A stretch of DNA of 64,000 nt from Eledone cirrhosa (GCA_964016885.1 OZ024743.1:11842001-11906000); one strand, 5' to 3'; positions 14,075-28,300 are shown, numbered from the stretch's first letter. Program-made: numbers and translations. Notes: generated by a model not told the origin, from the letters alone.

Positions 14075-14545
14075 TATTCGTAAACACCTGAAAATCCGCC
14101 TCTTCATCGCTGTAGTGGAGTCTGTGCTGCTGTACGGGTTTGAGACTTGGACACTGACCAAGAAACTCACTCAGATGGTGGATGGGTGCTACACGAGAAT
14201 GCTGAGGATGGCTCTGAACATTAATCAGTATACACAGAGGATGAAAAACTCAGAGCTGTATGGGAGCCTCCTAAAAGTCAGCTCAAAAGTGACACAGAGG
14301 AGATTGAGGTTAGCTGGACATGCTCACCGACATCCAGAGTTGACAATGCACTCAGTGCTCCTGTGGGACCCCCTGCATGGATACACTGGAAGAGGAAGAC
14401 CAAGGTTAACGTATGTTGATGCCCTAAGGACAGACACTGGTCTGTTGGAGACGCAGGACATGGCAGCGATAATGAGGGACAGAGACAGCTGGAGAGAACT
14501 CGTCCATGGATCTCGGGAATTTTACCGCCCTAGATAGATAGATAT
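14075..14545 (+). mobile_element. RTE-clade LINE 3' fragment with (TAGA)n tail
   Basis: LLYGFETWTL, RRLRLAGH, GRGRPRLTY, DRDSWR. Confidence 0.85.
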
Positions 14546-14612
14546 ATATGGGGGATATTTGTGTGTGTGTTTGTGTGTGAATATATATATATATATATTC
14601 TATGTCTATACT

Positions 14613-14665
<53 letters not shown>

Positions 14666-15186
14666 CTATTAATGTCAAATGCGAAGATACAATTAACACT
14701 TCAATTCTAATCAAGGCTCATCATGAAATAAAGATTCTTACATTCCATTCTCCAGTAACATCTATTTCTATATTCACCGATGAAGAACTAGATAAAATCA
14801 GCCACCTTAAATATGTAATTGATTAATTCAGATTATAAAATATTTCATCGAATTGAAGAAAACAATGTCTTATGTAAAATGAATGAAATAATTCATATAC
14901 TGGAATATACCGAATTAGAGATTTGAATTTTTGACAACCAACAACATTTATTGAAATATAAATTAGCGGCTCAAGCCATGCCACAATAATGCAAAATAGT
15001 AGGAATGTTGATGCTCTCTAAATGAGTGACACTTTGTTGCAGAATACATATTTGTTTCCACAATAACAATGCATTCTACGAAAATAATTCAATGAAATCA
15101 TACTAGACATTCAACAACTAGCAAGAGGATTAACATTTTGAAACAAAACTAAGAGTTTTCAAGAGCTAAAAGTATAAAGAAAATTA

Positions 15187-15257
15187 TGCATCGGCCGGGA
15201 ATCGAACCCGGATCACACGCGTGGGAGGCGCGCATTCTACCATTGAACAACCGATGC
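15187..15257 (-). tRNA. tRNA-Gly(CCC), divergent; paralog of 6855-6925
   Basis: Reverse complement differs from 6855-6925 at one position; flanks nearly identical. Confidence 0.75.
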
Positions 15258-15799
15258 TCTCTTCATCGACTTCAAGTTATTTCACATTTAATGCGATATA
15301 CAAAAATGTCTTAGTTCTCTTACGATCTTTTACATATAATATATTACTAAATCTTACAGATCATCAGATACAGAGAATTCCTTAATTGAAACGTTATGTG
15401 AGAACCTTCCAGTTTCTATTGTAAATAAGATTATGGAAATGACAAAATTGTTCATTTGAGAGCAAAAATTAATACCCGTCATTTCTACAATATATGAAAT
15501 AATTGTTACGCTGGAACCTAAGATGTTATGATATAAGACGTAAAATTTCTAACAGCACTGACAAAATAATGTGAGGAACTAATAATTAGACGATCAAGTC
15601 TAGCCCCAGACGTTCAAAATGGTGTGATTGTTGATGATCTGAAAATAAATGAAGCTTATTCTAGAATAAATATTTCTTTATATGTTAACAAGTTAACGCG
15701 TAAAAGATCATTGAAATAAAAGATTACCATTGATAGGCAGGCAAGCCGACTTACATTTTAAAGTAATCCTAAGGTACTACCAGAACTTAAAGCTAAAAC

Positions 15800-15870
15800 T
15801 GCATCGGCCGGGAATTGAACCCGAGCCTCCCGCGTGGAAGGCAAGAATTCTACCACTGAACCACCGATGC
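15800..15870 (-). tRNA. tRNA-Gly(TCC) on a GCC-type body, possibly a pseudogene
   Basis: Reverse complement gcatcggtggttcagtggtagaattcttgcctTCCacgcgggaggctcgggttcaattcccggccgatgca; three changes versus 1363-1433. Confidence 0.75.
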
Positions 15871-16387
15871 TTATGACATATCAGCCTAGATTTTATTCAT
15901 ATCTAGCCCGCCGAGGTTAACTTTGCCTTTCATCCTTACGGGGTCGATAAAATAAAGTACCAGTAATACACTGAATTAATTGCTGGCTTTGTGCCAAAAG
16001 TAGAAACAATTATATTTCTATTTGGTTTCAAGATGATATTACAAAGTATCTTCGTTTGTATTCACTGTTCTACATATATCTCATTTAGTAATTATTACGA
16101 CACATCAGATATAGAACATAATTCACTTGAAACCTTCTCACATCTCTAAATTACACTAAATATTAAAACATATTCACGGCACTGTTAAAATTCTATTTAG
16201 GCTTCGATTCAGGAAACATATGTCTCCTTTCAGAAGAATTAGCAAAAACAGTATGTGCCAAATAAGGTATGGTTGTACATTGAATATATACATCCATCCA
16301 TCCATCCATACATACATACATACATACATACATACATACATACATAATCCATCCATCCATCCATCCATCCATCCATCCATACATACA

Positions 16388-16659
16388 TACATACTTACAT
16401 ACATACATGGTGGCTGCCAACTCGTTTTCGAGTACGGCCACTACTTTATATCCATGTAGGAGAACCCCTACCGATGCGCTGAACGAGTGTGACTCTCTAG
16501 TCCAGCCAGCGACTTGAAAACTCTGGTACAAACACTACACTTGTGACAATTATTGACACATAGTGCTGGGCCCATGGTACCATGTGAGGACAAGTGCTGA
16601 GAGATCTCCAGATATAAAGCAATGCCTGTGCCGTGAAGCTTTTATAGTGAGCAAAGGCA
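16388..16659 (-). mobile_element. 5'-truncated copy of a non-coding retroposon with a (TATG)n tail
   Basis: Near-identical to 42125-42377; flanked by (CATA)n; strand inferred from the shared end. Confidence 0.7.
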
Positions 16660-16769
16660 CATACATACATACATACATACATACATACATACATACATAC
16701 ATACATACATACATACATACATACATACTTACATACATACTTACATACATACTTACATACATACATACA

Positions 16770-19700
16770 ATGGCGACCGTTGTGGTCAGTGTCCGATAAT
16801 TGGACGTGTGTAATTACGGCTTACATGAAGGCAACATACCATATATTGGAAAAAGTTGAGCTACATTACGCGGTAAGATTACATACAATAATTCTACATA
16901 AGTGTTTGAACTGTAAGTGTGTTGTAAAACACCTATTTATATGAACGATACATACACTTATGATATATGAACGATACATACACTTTAACATATAAATGCA
17001 ACGTTGTTATATTACATTTATAAAGAAATATAAAAGTAACGTTTTCGATTCAGAAACAAAAATATAAGTGTTTGAACTGTGAATGTTGTGAATATGTTGT
17101 AGAACACCTATTTATATGAATGATACATAAACTTTAACATATAAATACAGCATTGTTATATTATATTACATTCGTAAAGGAATATACTAAGTAACGGTTC
17201 TTTTTGTTCTCGATTCAAACGATTCAAGAACAACGTTTAAAACACAGTTGTAGAATTAAAAACTAACTGAAAAGAAATATTACCCAAGCTGTGAATAACT
17301 TTAAATTTGATTCTGACAGAACTTTGTCGTAACTTTTAAAGAAGATCATCGACTATTTAAAAAAAATAAATACAAAATATTAGTGAATAGACGAACTCAT
17401 CATGGCAAAAAGTACAAGTCTCCTTCGACCAAATCGCAATTACAACCGTTGTATACAGTGGAGCTACGAGCTTAACAAAGAATTATATGAAGCATACAAA
17501 CAATCTGAACCCCAAAAGTTCGGTTTTATGCAAAGGCTAAAAACTTTATGGAACTCCAAACACCCAGAATTAGACTTTTCTCCAAAGCATCTAAATGAAC
17601 AGGCAAAACGTATCATTAGATGTAAATTGATACATCTAACGGAATCGAGTGATACTACAAATACAGCCCTTGTAGACAACCACCCCACCTCCACTAACAG
17701 ATAAAGAGAATGGCCGGCTAAATCTAACAGTGAACAGCTCACCAACAATTTTGCTGAAATCCATCCCACTTCCACTGAAGAACAGCGAGAAAGGTCAGCT
17801 GACTCTAGTAGTAATTGTCACCACATCAACAACGAGGCTGCAATTCATGACTCTACTGAACAAACAGAGCACCAAAAACTTGTGGGCACCCTACAAGTGA
17901 TATGGAACGATATGTTTCAAGAGATACACAGCCTTAATGTGAGTGACAGACCATACAACACTAGAGTCAGTAAAGAACCCACTAAATTGGAATTGGAAGC
18001 GGTGAACGAAATAGCTGGCAATTATCTGAAGGCTATACGATCTAAAGGTGTAGAAACGACATTTGAAACGCTCAATGTTTTGTTATATGTTTCAGCTGTC
18101 ACATTGCTATCATATAACACACATCTAAAACCACGCAATCAAGATACAAACAGAAAGCCTGAACCAGCGTGGATGCGAAATTTAAAAACCAAAATTTTGT
18201 CCCTGAGACGAAGTATCTCACACATCGCAGTCGTTATGAAATGCAACATAGAGAGAAACTTCACACGACACCAGGAAGACCTAAAGAAAAAGTTAGAGAG
18301 ACGATTTGGAGATACCAAATTTAAAACTTTGAACTCCAAATTACACCAGTTGAAACAACAACTCACAGCTACAACAGAAAGACTAAAATATAAGTCAACA
18401 GCCCATAAACGACAAGTGCTAAATAGATTGTTTGCCAGAGATCCTAAATCAGTTTATCGCAGCTTCGGTGGCAAAAGCTCAATCCCTGTAAACGACACCC
18501 CTTCAAAAGAACAGGTTGAGAACTACTGGAGATCTGTATGGGAAACGGATGACGGATTCAACAGACAAGCTAATTGGCTAAAACAACTGGAACAGGACTA
18601 CTGCCAACATGTCCAGACAAAACAATATGACATAGATGGGTCAATACTGGAAACAGCTCTACAGAAAATGTCGAATAGGAAATCGCCAGGCCCAGACCTC
18701 ATTACAGGATACTGGTTGAAGAATTTCACTTTCTATCGGCAAGATCTCATACGGCTGTTTACAGAAACCATTAAGGGCACACAAGAACTGCCCAGATGGT
18801 TATCAACTGCCACTACTCTCCTCATTCCCCAAAATAGCCAAACCACCCTTGCTAAAAATTACCGCCCAATTGCCTGCCAAAACATCATGTATAAATTATA
18901 TACTGGGTGCCTTAACCTGTTCTTACAGGATCACTGTGCTACCAACAACATCATAACACCTGAGCAAGCTGGTGGAAAGAGGGAGGTGTGGGGTTGCATA
19001 GATCACCTACTAACTAACAAAATGATTCAGGAAAAAACAACAAAGAATCGCAGAAACATGACTGTCGTGTGGCTGGACTATCAAAAAGCATTTGATAGTG
19101 TACCTCATGGGTGGATTATTAAGGCTTTACAGTTAGCTAAAGTCCCACAACCATTAGTAGCTGCTGTTGAACGCCTGACCAAGAACTGGTACACCAATTT
19201 GATCCTTAGAGGTGAGAAGGAGCAGGTTAAGACTGATAGGATACATTACCAGAAGGGCATCTTTCAGGGTGATAGCTTGTCAGTACTACTCTTCGTTCTC
19301 TCACTGAATCCACTATCTTACCTACTCAGGAAACAAGGTGGACAAAGAAGTGGGCCCAGAAGTATCTCCCATCTTTTCTTTGTTGATGACCTGAAGTTGT
19401 ATGGGCCAAATATCAATGACATCAAGAAACAATTGGACCTCATTACACAATTTTCAACCGACATCAAAATGAAATTTGGTGAGTCCAAGTGTGCATATTT
19501 GGCAGTAAAACGTGGAAGAGCTGTGCCCTCCTCTAGAAATCTAGATATGAACGGCCTGACAATACAACCTCTGCAGTCAGGTGACAACTACAGATATCTT
19601 GGACAGGATGAGAATGTCAGATATGATGGACCCATAAATAAGGAGAGAACCAGAACTGAATACCTCAGAAGAGTAAAAAAAATATGGTCATCAGAACTGT

Positions 19701-20991
19701 CAGCATACAACAAATACATTGCCCACAATACCTATGCTGTGCCAATTATAACGCCAACATTTGGCCTACTGAACTGGTCATTGCAAGAACTAAGTGAGAT
19801 GGATGTTAGAACTCGTAAACTTCTCAGTGTTACTGGGAACTTTAACATCAATGGTGATGTGGATAGGCTATACTTCTCACGCAAGGAAGGTGGCCGGGGT
19901 CTAAAATCAATATTAACAACATATGAGACCCGGATAGTAACACTGAAGCAACACCTTCAACAGAGGAAAAAGGTTGGCGACCATCTTGCTCAGGTTTATG
20001 AGCATGAAAAAAGAAATATCATTAGAATAGCGACTGATCTGGAGGAGAGATGTGGAATAAAGCCTGATATAAATCTCTCACCCAGAGAAATCGGAAGATC
20101 CTATTCAATGTTCAAACAAGAAAAAAAAATTGACCAATTTACAGAGAAAGTTGTGCATGGATACTTGAGGCGTAAAACACAGACCATAGAGGGGATAAAC
20201 CACTCAAAAAGCCTGGCATGGAGTTCCGACAAGTTTATGACATCACACCTTGAGGGATATCTCTATGCAATACAGGAACAAGAACTCCCTACCAAATATC
20301 TGCTGCACAAAAGAGGAGGGCCAGCAGCTGACAATAAATGTAGGCTATGTAAAACAAAGATCGAGGATGTAAGCCACATTGTTGCCAGCTGCGAAAGAAT
20401 GTCATCTCGCTACTACCTCCCCATGAGACACGATGGGATAGCTAGAACTATCTGGAACGCACTTCGGAAAACAAAATTAACAACAAACGAGGAAGAATAT
20501 ATTGAGACAGATGGCACTAAGGAATACTGGTGGAACCTGAAAATAAAAACTGCCACCAAATTAAAGCACAACCGGCCTGATATTGTAGTTTGGGACCACA
20601 CATTGAAAACGTGTTCTGTTGTGGAGATCAGCTGCCCACTTGATGTAAACGTTGTCAGAAAAATACAGGAGAAGGAGGACATCTACGGACCATTGATGAG
20701 GAGCTTACAAATCCAGTATCCAAGATACACCTTTAGCTTCATACCAATCATTATTGGTGCTACGGGTTATATACCAACCCGCTTGGACCAAAGTATGACC
20801 GAACTTGGATTTGCGGACAAAAAGCGCAGCTCCCTAATTCATAGTCTACAAATGGCTGCGATAGCTGGCACCTTCAAAATATGCAAAACATTCTTGCGAT
20901 TCAAGGGATGACAATTTCTTTTCTTTTACAACCTTGCCACCAGGAAGGTGGCCGGTCAAAAAAATATACTCGAAATTAAGAGAAAGAGAAA
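16770..20991 (+). mobile_element. Near-full-length R4/Dong-like non-LTR retrotransposon inserted in (CATA)n
   Basis: About 630-bp 5' UTR with an internal duplication, single long ORF, short 3' UTR, (CATA)n on both sides. Confidence 0.88.
17402..20911 (+). CDS. RT plus CCHC zinc knuckle plus restriction-like endonuclease; about 1169 codons with one in-frame TAA at 17702-17704
   Basis: ORFs 17402-17704 and 17882-20911 share a frame and the gap is open; YRPIAC, LDYQKAFDSVPH, GIFQGDSLS, FVDDLK, CRLC..HIVASC, RHD, RPD..VVEISCP. Confidence 0.9.
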
Positions 20992-21026
<35 letters not shown>

Positions 21027-21106
21027 TCATTTCTTCACTTCGATGAAATATTTTATCATCTCAATCAATTAATTACATATTTAAGGTGGCTATATATATA
21101 TATATA

Positions 21107-21233
<127 letters not shown>

Positions 21234-21921
21234 GTGTGTGTTATGTATTTCCGTAGAAAAGGTAAAAGAAAGAAGAGTGCTCTATGTATTGTACAGAGCT
21301 ATTTAATTACATAATAAACAACACAATATAATTATTCCATTACCAAAGGTTTTATGAAACTAGACTATCGTAACAGAAACGTCCAGCTTTTCAAGGTTCA
21401 TTTATTCCAAGCAAACAATGGGTTTTCATTGAGTGGTAATATTAAAATGCTCTGCTAAAGGATGGTGAGGTCTGCAAAATTGGTCAGGTGTCTACAATCA
21501 CACGCACACATACACACACACACGCACACACATATATATATATATATATATTTTTTTTTTCAAAATTCAATTATGATAAGCAGATAAAAAGGAAATTCTT
21601 TAAGTGGCTGTGTTAAAGTTTACAAAATGGTCAGGTCTTTATAATCACACACAGAAACACATGCGCGCACACACACACACATGCACGCACACACACACAC
21701 ATTCATACCCACAAACCCCCACACACATACACACAAACACCCACATGTGTGCATATACATACATAATATCTACATATACACATGTATATACATACATACA
21801 CATAATAAAAAACTTTTTTATACACACACACACATATATACACATATACATATATATATATTTGAAAAAGGAAAAGAATGACTTCACTTGTAGTTCTAAA
21901 CAATTTGATTTAGTTTTATAA

Positions 21922-22328
21922 TTGTTTCTACTTTTGGCACAAGGCCAGCAATTACCCAGTGCATTACTGATACTTTATTTTATCGACCCCGTAAGGATGA
22001 AAGGCAAAGTTAACCTCGGCGGGATTTGAACTCAGAATGGCAAAGGCCGTAACTCTATGCGTCAAAGCATGGCGTCCGACCCTCTACCGATACTGCCAAT
22101 CCACCGCCCTTTAATTTATAGTATTTAATTTCATAATATTAGGCGGTGGATTGGCAGTATCGGTAGAGGGTCGGACGCCATGCTTTGACGCATAGAGTTA
22201 CGGCCTTTGCCATTCTGAGTTCAAATCCCGCCGAGGTTAACTTTGCCTTTCATCCTTACGGGGTCGATAAAATAAAGTACCAGTAATACACTGGGTAATT
22301 GCTGGCCTTGTGCCAAAAGTAGAAACAA
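21922..22328. mobile_element. Two head-to-head tRNA-derived SINEs (21922-22108 minus, 22142-22328 plus)
   Basis: 187-bp arms with about two mismatches and a 33-bp spacer; A box tggcagtatcgg and B box gagttcaaatccc. Confidence 0.85.
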
Positions 22329-22769
22329 AAAATATTATAATATTGAGTTGGTAGATCTAGTAAGTTCTTGTTAACTTTGGTAGGTAGATTTTTTAAAGAT
22401 TCCTGGTTAACTTTCCTGGAGAACTTACTCGCATTCGTCGATGGCGATTGTCAAATTGAGATCAGGTTGTGTTGTGATGTGTGACATCATATAAGAGAGA
22501 TTTCGATGTGTCTGGGGGTGGGGTGGGGTGGTAATGAGTGTGAGAGTGAAGGAATGTTGATGAAGATTTAAAGGAATTAAAGCATACACATATACACACA
22601 TACATATATATATATATACATATATACATATATACATATATACACAGAAAATGGTGAATGGTGACAGCAAGATAATTGATTGGGAGTGCTGTTGGTTTTT
22701 TTTTTTAAAGAGTGTTTAAGAAAGGGCTGTAAAAGTGCCCTCCTGCTGGTTCCATTCGATGAATATAAT

Positions 22770-22955
22770 TGTTTCTACTTTTGGCACAAGGCCAGCAATT
22801 ATCTCAGTGTATTACTGGTGCTTTATTTTATCGACCCCGTAAGGATGAGAGGCAAAGTTAACCTCGGCGAGATTTGAACTCAGTTCGTAAAGGGACGTAA
22901 CTGTGCTGCAAAGCATGGCGTCCGACCCTCTACCGATACTGCCAATCCACCGCCT
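22770..22955 (-). mobile_element. Full-length tRNA-derived SINE with a 15-bp target-site duplication
   Basis: ttcgatgaatataat at 22755-22769 and 22956-22970. Confidence 0.88.
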
Positions 22956-23879
22956 TTCGATGAATATAATGGCAGCATGTTTTTCAAATTCGTTTCTTAT
23001 AGCTGAATCAACTCTCTTAAATTTATAAAGAATACCTTCAACAATTTTCCATATTAAAGATGAATTTAGGTGTGTGTCTGGTGGTGGTGGTGGTGGTGGT
23101 GGGAGTGTGTGTGTGTGTGTGTGTGGGGGGGGGGGTTAATGAGGTGTAAGATACATGTCTTTTCATTAGAATGGGATGACAGCAAAGAGAAGAATAAGGA
23201 CAATTTTGGAATATTTCTCAGAAATGTCTGTTGTTGATATTGGTTTGGGAGGAGTGTGTGTGTGTGTGTGGGGGGGGGGGGATGCTAGCTCACATATTCA
23301 CTTCCCTACATGTAAATATACTTACAGCCCATATATATTACATACATACACACACACATACACACACGCACACACATACACACACATATACACACACATA
23401 TATATACGCACATACACACACATATATACACATATATTACACACATATATATATGCATACATATATATATACACCTACACATATACACACACATACACAT
23501 ATATGTACATACATACATACATATACATAGATATAAACACACACACACACATATATATATATACACACCCACATACACACGCACATACATACACATATAT
23601 TCATATACACACACACATGCACACATACATACACACATGTATACACATACCTGTACACCTACAGACATACATACAAACACATCTACACACACATATATAC
23701 ACACACATCTACTCATGTATTTAAGTTCACATATACATTGGGGTGGGGAAGGGGGAATTAATGAAATGTTAGTGTACCTCTGAGGCTTTTTCTTCTCAAC
23801 GATCGAATGTTTGAAAGTATGGTTGTCATCAACTTCTATTTGGATATTTTTCTTTTTTCAATATGCAATTTTTTTAAAG

Positions 23880-24990
23880 AAAATGCGAGAGGCGGAGAAT
23901 CCCGTTATTTGAAGATGGAATATCATTTTTTTGTGTTCAGTAGTGGTTTGTAATTTCTAATGAATAATTCTTCTTTATGTTTTCGGAAATGTTCGTTGTC
24001 CGAACATATATTAAAGAAGTGGAAAATTGTGAATTTTCCATTTCCGCATGTTGCGAAGTGTTCCCTGCATGCTGTGTTTCTGACAGAGGGGTCTCTAATT
24101 TGTTGTTTATGTACTCAAACTCTGTCATGTAGAGCCATTCCGGTTTCACCAATGTAGTATTCTTTACATTGTGGGCAGGTTGCACAGTAAATCAAGTTTT
24201 TGGTTTTGTAATTCATGTTTGCATTAACTTTGAAAAACTGGTTGTTTTTAAAGGCGATTTGCCCACGCTCTTCAATGTGTTCATAAGTCCTGCATCGAGG
24301 TTCCCCGCATTTCTTAACTTGCATTGTTTCATTATTAGACGGAAATTTTGCCTTGGTAAGCAGTTTTTATTTAGGTTGGGTGCTTGGCGTCTACTTTATA
24401 TTATTTGTGCGTCTTTTATGAGTGCATTCGTTTTAGGGGACTGTTGGAGAATCGGGAGATATTGTTTAGCGGCTTTCACAATGTTGAAGTTCCTTGGATT
24501 GTGAGTAATGACAAAAGGGATAACTGTTTTTTTTCCACTTTATTTTGTTGCTTTGTTTTTCTCATTGTTGTCACTGGGATGTTCTGGGCTTTGGAGATGG
24601 CCGTGTTGATGAGGTACACCGGATATTCTTGTCTTTTAAGGAACTCTTTTAGTTCATATAATCTTATTTCCTGTAGTGTGGGGTGTGTTACTATGGTGCA
24701 AATGCGTCTAGCCATGTTAAAAGGAATGTTCCTTTTGGTATGTGAGGAGTGTGCTGATCGGAATTCAAGTATTGGTGTGTGTCTGTTGGTTTGTAAAATT
24801 AGTCTGTTTTGATATTTTCCCCTTCTTTAATGATAAGGATATCCAGAAACGGTAGTTCCTTTTTATTACATTCCATGGTAAATTTTATTGTTTCGTGAAG
24901 ATTGATTGTTTATGATGGAATGGAATCTTTGCAGGTCTTCTTGGCTTATATTCCAGAAGATGAAGCAGTCGTCTAGGTAGCGTTTCCAGT
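23880..24990 (-). mobile_element. Degenerate PLE (Neptune-like): RT C-terminal part plus GIY-YIG
   Basis: WKRYLDDCFIFW at about 24950-24988, RRICTIV, KCGEPRC, NLIYCATCPQCKEYYIGET; frameshifted. Confidence 0.82.
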
Positions 24991-24994
24991 TGTG

Positions 24995-25309
24995 ATTAAT
25001 GTAGGTGGAAACCTGGTGCAGTCTGCGACTAACCCAGGTTCTGTCGTACGTCGGGCTGAGGAGGCCAAAATCTCCAAATACCGGTCACTTTCCGACAGGT
25101 TCGCTGTCGTACCCTTGGCAGTGGAGACTTCTGGTGAACTTGGCCCTTGGGCTACCAACCTACCTGCATCCATAGGCGCTGAGCTGGCCAGCCGCAAGTG
25201 TGAGCATCGTGATTTGGAATGGCTCCTCCAGCGCCTCTCCCTTACCATCCTCCGGGGAAACGCCTTCTCCATTCTGTTCGCCGGGGCTGTAGGGAGGCCG
25301 TCAATATGA
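24995..25309 (+). mobile_element. CRE-like REL-endonuclease LINE 3' fragment
   Basis: AEEAKISKY...VPLAVETSGELG...QRLSLTILRGNA. Confidence 0.7.
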
Positions 25310-25373
25310 TTACTTAACCCTTTCATTACCATATTCCTAATGAAATCTTTAGTTTCAGAATAAATACATATGA

Positions 25374-28300
25374 TTATAATATTGTAAGGAAGGGAGAAAG
25401 ATAGGAAGATACAGAGTAGTATGGTAGGGTATGAAGGTAAGGTTATAATATTGTAAGGAAGGGAGAAAGATAGGAAGATACAGAGTAGTATGGTAGGGTA
25501 TGAAGGTAAGGTTATAATATTGTAAGGAAGGGAGAAAGATAGGAAGATACAGAGTAGTATGGTAGGGTATGAAGGTAAGGTTATAATATTGTAAGGAAGT
25601 GAAAAAGATAGGAAGATACAGAGTAGCATGGTAGGGTATGAAGGTAAGGTTATAATATTGTAAGGAAGGGAGAAGATAGGAAGATACAGAGTAGTATGGT
25701 AGGGTATGAAGGTAAGGTTATAATATTGTAAGGAAGGGAGAAGATAGGAAGATACAGAGTAGTATGGTAGGGTATGAAGGTAAGGTTATAATATTGTAAG
25801 GAAGTGAAAAAGATAGGAAGATACAGAGTAGCATGGTAGGGTATGAAGGTAAGGTTATAATAGTGTAAGGAAGGGAGAAAGATAGGAAGATACAGAGTAG
25901 TATGGTAGGGTATGAAGGTAAGGTTATAATAGTGTAAGGAAGGGAGAAAGATAGGAAGATACAGAGTAGTATGGTAGGGTATGAAGGTAAGGTTATAATA
26001 TTGTAAGGAAGGGAGAAAGATAGGAAGATACAGAGTAGTATGGTAGGGTATGAAGGTAAGGTTATAATAGTGTAAGGAAGGGAGAAAGATAGGAAGATAC
26101 AGAGTAGTATGGTAGGGTATGAAACTAAGGTTATAATATTGTAAGGAAGGGAGAAAGATAGGAAGATACAGAGTAGTATGGTAGGGTATGAAGGTAAGGT
26201 TATAATAGTGTAAGGAAGGGAGAAAGATAGGAAGGTACAGAGTAGTATGGTAGGGTATGAAACTAAGGTTATAATAGTGTAAGGAAGGGAGAAAGATAGG
26301 AAGATACAGAGTAGTATGGTAGGGTATGAAGGTAAGGTTATAATATTGTAAGGAAGGGAGAAAGATAGGAAGATACAGAGTAGTATGGTAGGGTATGAAG
26401 GTAAGGTTATAATAGTGTAAGGAAGGGAGAAAGATAGGAAGATACAGAGTAGTATGGTAGGGTATGAAACTAAGGTTATAATATTGTAAGGAAGGGAGAA
26501 AGATAGGAAGATACAGAGTAGTATGGTAGGGTATGAAGGTAAGGTTATAATAGTGTAAGGAAGGGAGAAAGATAGGAAGATACAGAGTAGTATGGTAGGG
26601 TATGAAGGTAAGGTTATAATATTGTAAGGAAGGGAGAAAGATAGGAAGATACAGAGTAGTATGGTAGGGTATGAAGGTAAGGTTATAATATTGTAAGGAA
26701 GGGAGAAAGATAGGAAGATACAGAGTAGTATGGTAGGGTATGAAACTAAGGTTATAATATTGTAAGGAAGGGAGAAAGATAGGAAGATACAGAGTAGTAT
26801 GGTAGGGTATGAAGGTAAGGTTATAATATTGTAAGGAAGGGAGAAAGATAGGAAGATACAGAGTAGTATGGTAGGGTATGAAACTAAGGTTATAATATTG
26901 TAAGGAAGGGAGAAAGATAGGAAGATACAGAGTAGTATGGTAGGGTATGAAACTAAGGTTATAATATTGTAAGGAAGGGAGAAAGATAGGAAGATACAGA
27001 GTAGTATGGTAGGGTATGAAGGTAAGGTTATAATAGTGTAAGGAAGGGAGAAAGATAGGAAGATACAGAGTAGTATGGTAGGGTATGAAACTAAGGTTAT
27101 AATATTGTAAGGAAGGGAGAAAGATAGGAAGATACAGAGTAGTATGGTAGGGTATGAAGGTAAGGTTATAATATTGTAAGGAAGGGAGAAAGATAGGAAG
27201 ATACAGAGTAGTATGGTAGGGTATGAAACTAAGGTTATAATATTGTAAGGAAGGGAGAAAGATAGGAAGATACAGAGTAGTATGGTAGGGTATGAAGGTA
27301 AGGTTATAATATTGTAAGGAAGGGAGAAAGATAGGAAGATACAGAGTAGTATGGTAGGGTATGAAACTAAGGTTATAATATTGTAAGGAAGGGAGAAAGA
27401 TAGGAAGATACAGAGTAGTATGGTAGGGTATGAAACTAAGGTTATAATATTGTAAGGAAGGGAGAAAGATAGGAAGATACAGAGTAGTATGGTAGGGTAT
27501 GAAGGTAAGGTTATAATATTGTAAGGAAGGGAGAAAGATAGGAAGATACAGAGTAGTATGGTAGGGTATGAAACTAAGGTTATAATATTGTAAGGAAGGG
27601 AGAAAGATAGGAAGATACAGAGTAGTATGGTAGGGTATGAAGGTAAGGTTATAATAGTGTAAGGAAGGGAGAAAGATAGGAAGATACAGAGTAGTATGGT
27701 AGGGTATGAAGGTAAGGTTATAATATTGTAAGGAAGGGAGAAAGATAGGAAGATACAGAGTAGTATGGTAGGGTATGAAGGTAAGGTTATAATAGTGTAA
27801 GGAAGGGAGAAAGATAGGAAGATACAGAGTAGTATGGTAGGGTATGAAACTAAGGTTATAATATTGTAAGGAAGGGAGAAAGATAGGAAGATACAGAGTA
27901 GTATGGTAGGGTATGAAACTAAGGTTATAATATTGTAAGGAAGGGAGAAAGATAGGAAGATACAGAGTAGTATGGTAGGGTATGAAGGTAAGGTTATAAT
28001 AGTGTAAGGAAGGGAGAAAGATAGGAAGATACAGAGTAGTATGGTAGGGTATGAAGGTAAGGTTATAATATTGTAAGGAAGGGAGAAAGATAGGAAGATA
28101 CAGAGTAGTATGGTAGGGTATGAAGGTAAGGTTATAATAGTGTAAGGAAGGGAGAAAGATAGGAAGATACAGAGTAGTATGGTAGGGTATGAAACTAAGG
28201 TTATAATATTGTAAGGAAGGGAGAAAGATAGGAAGATACAGAGTAGTATGGTAGGGTATGAAGGTAAGGTTATAATATTGTAAGGAAGGGAGAAAGATAG

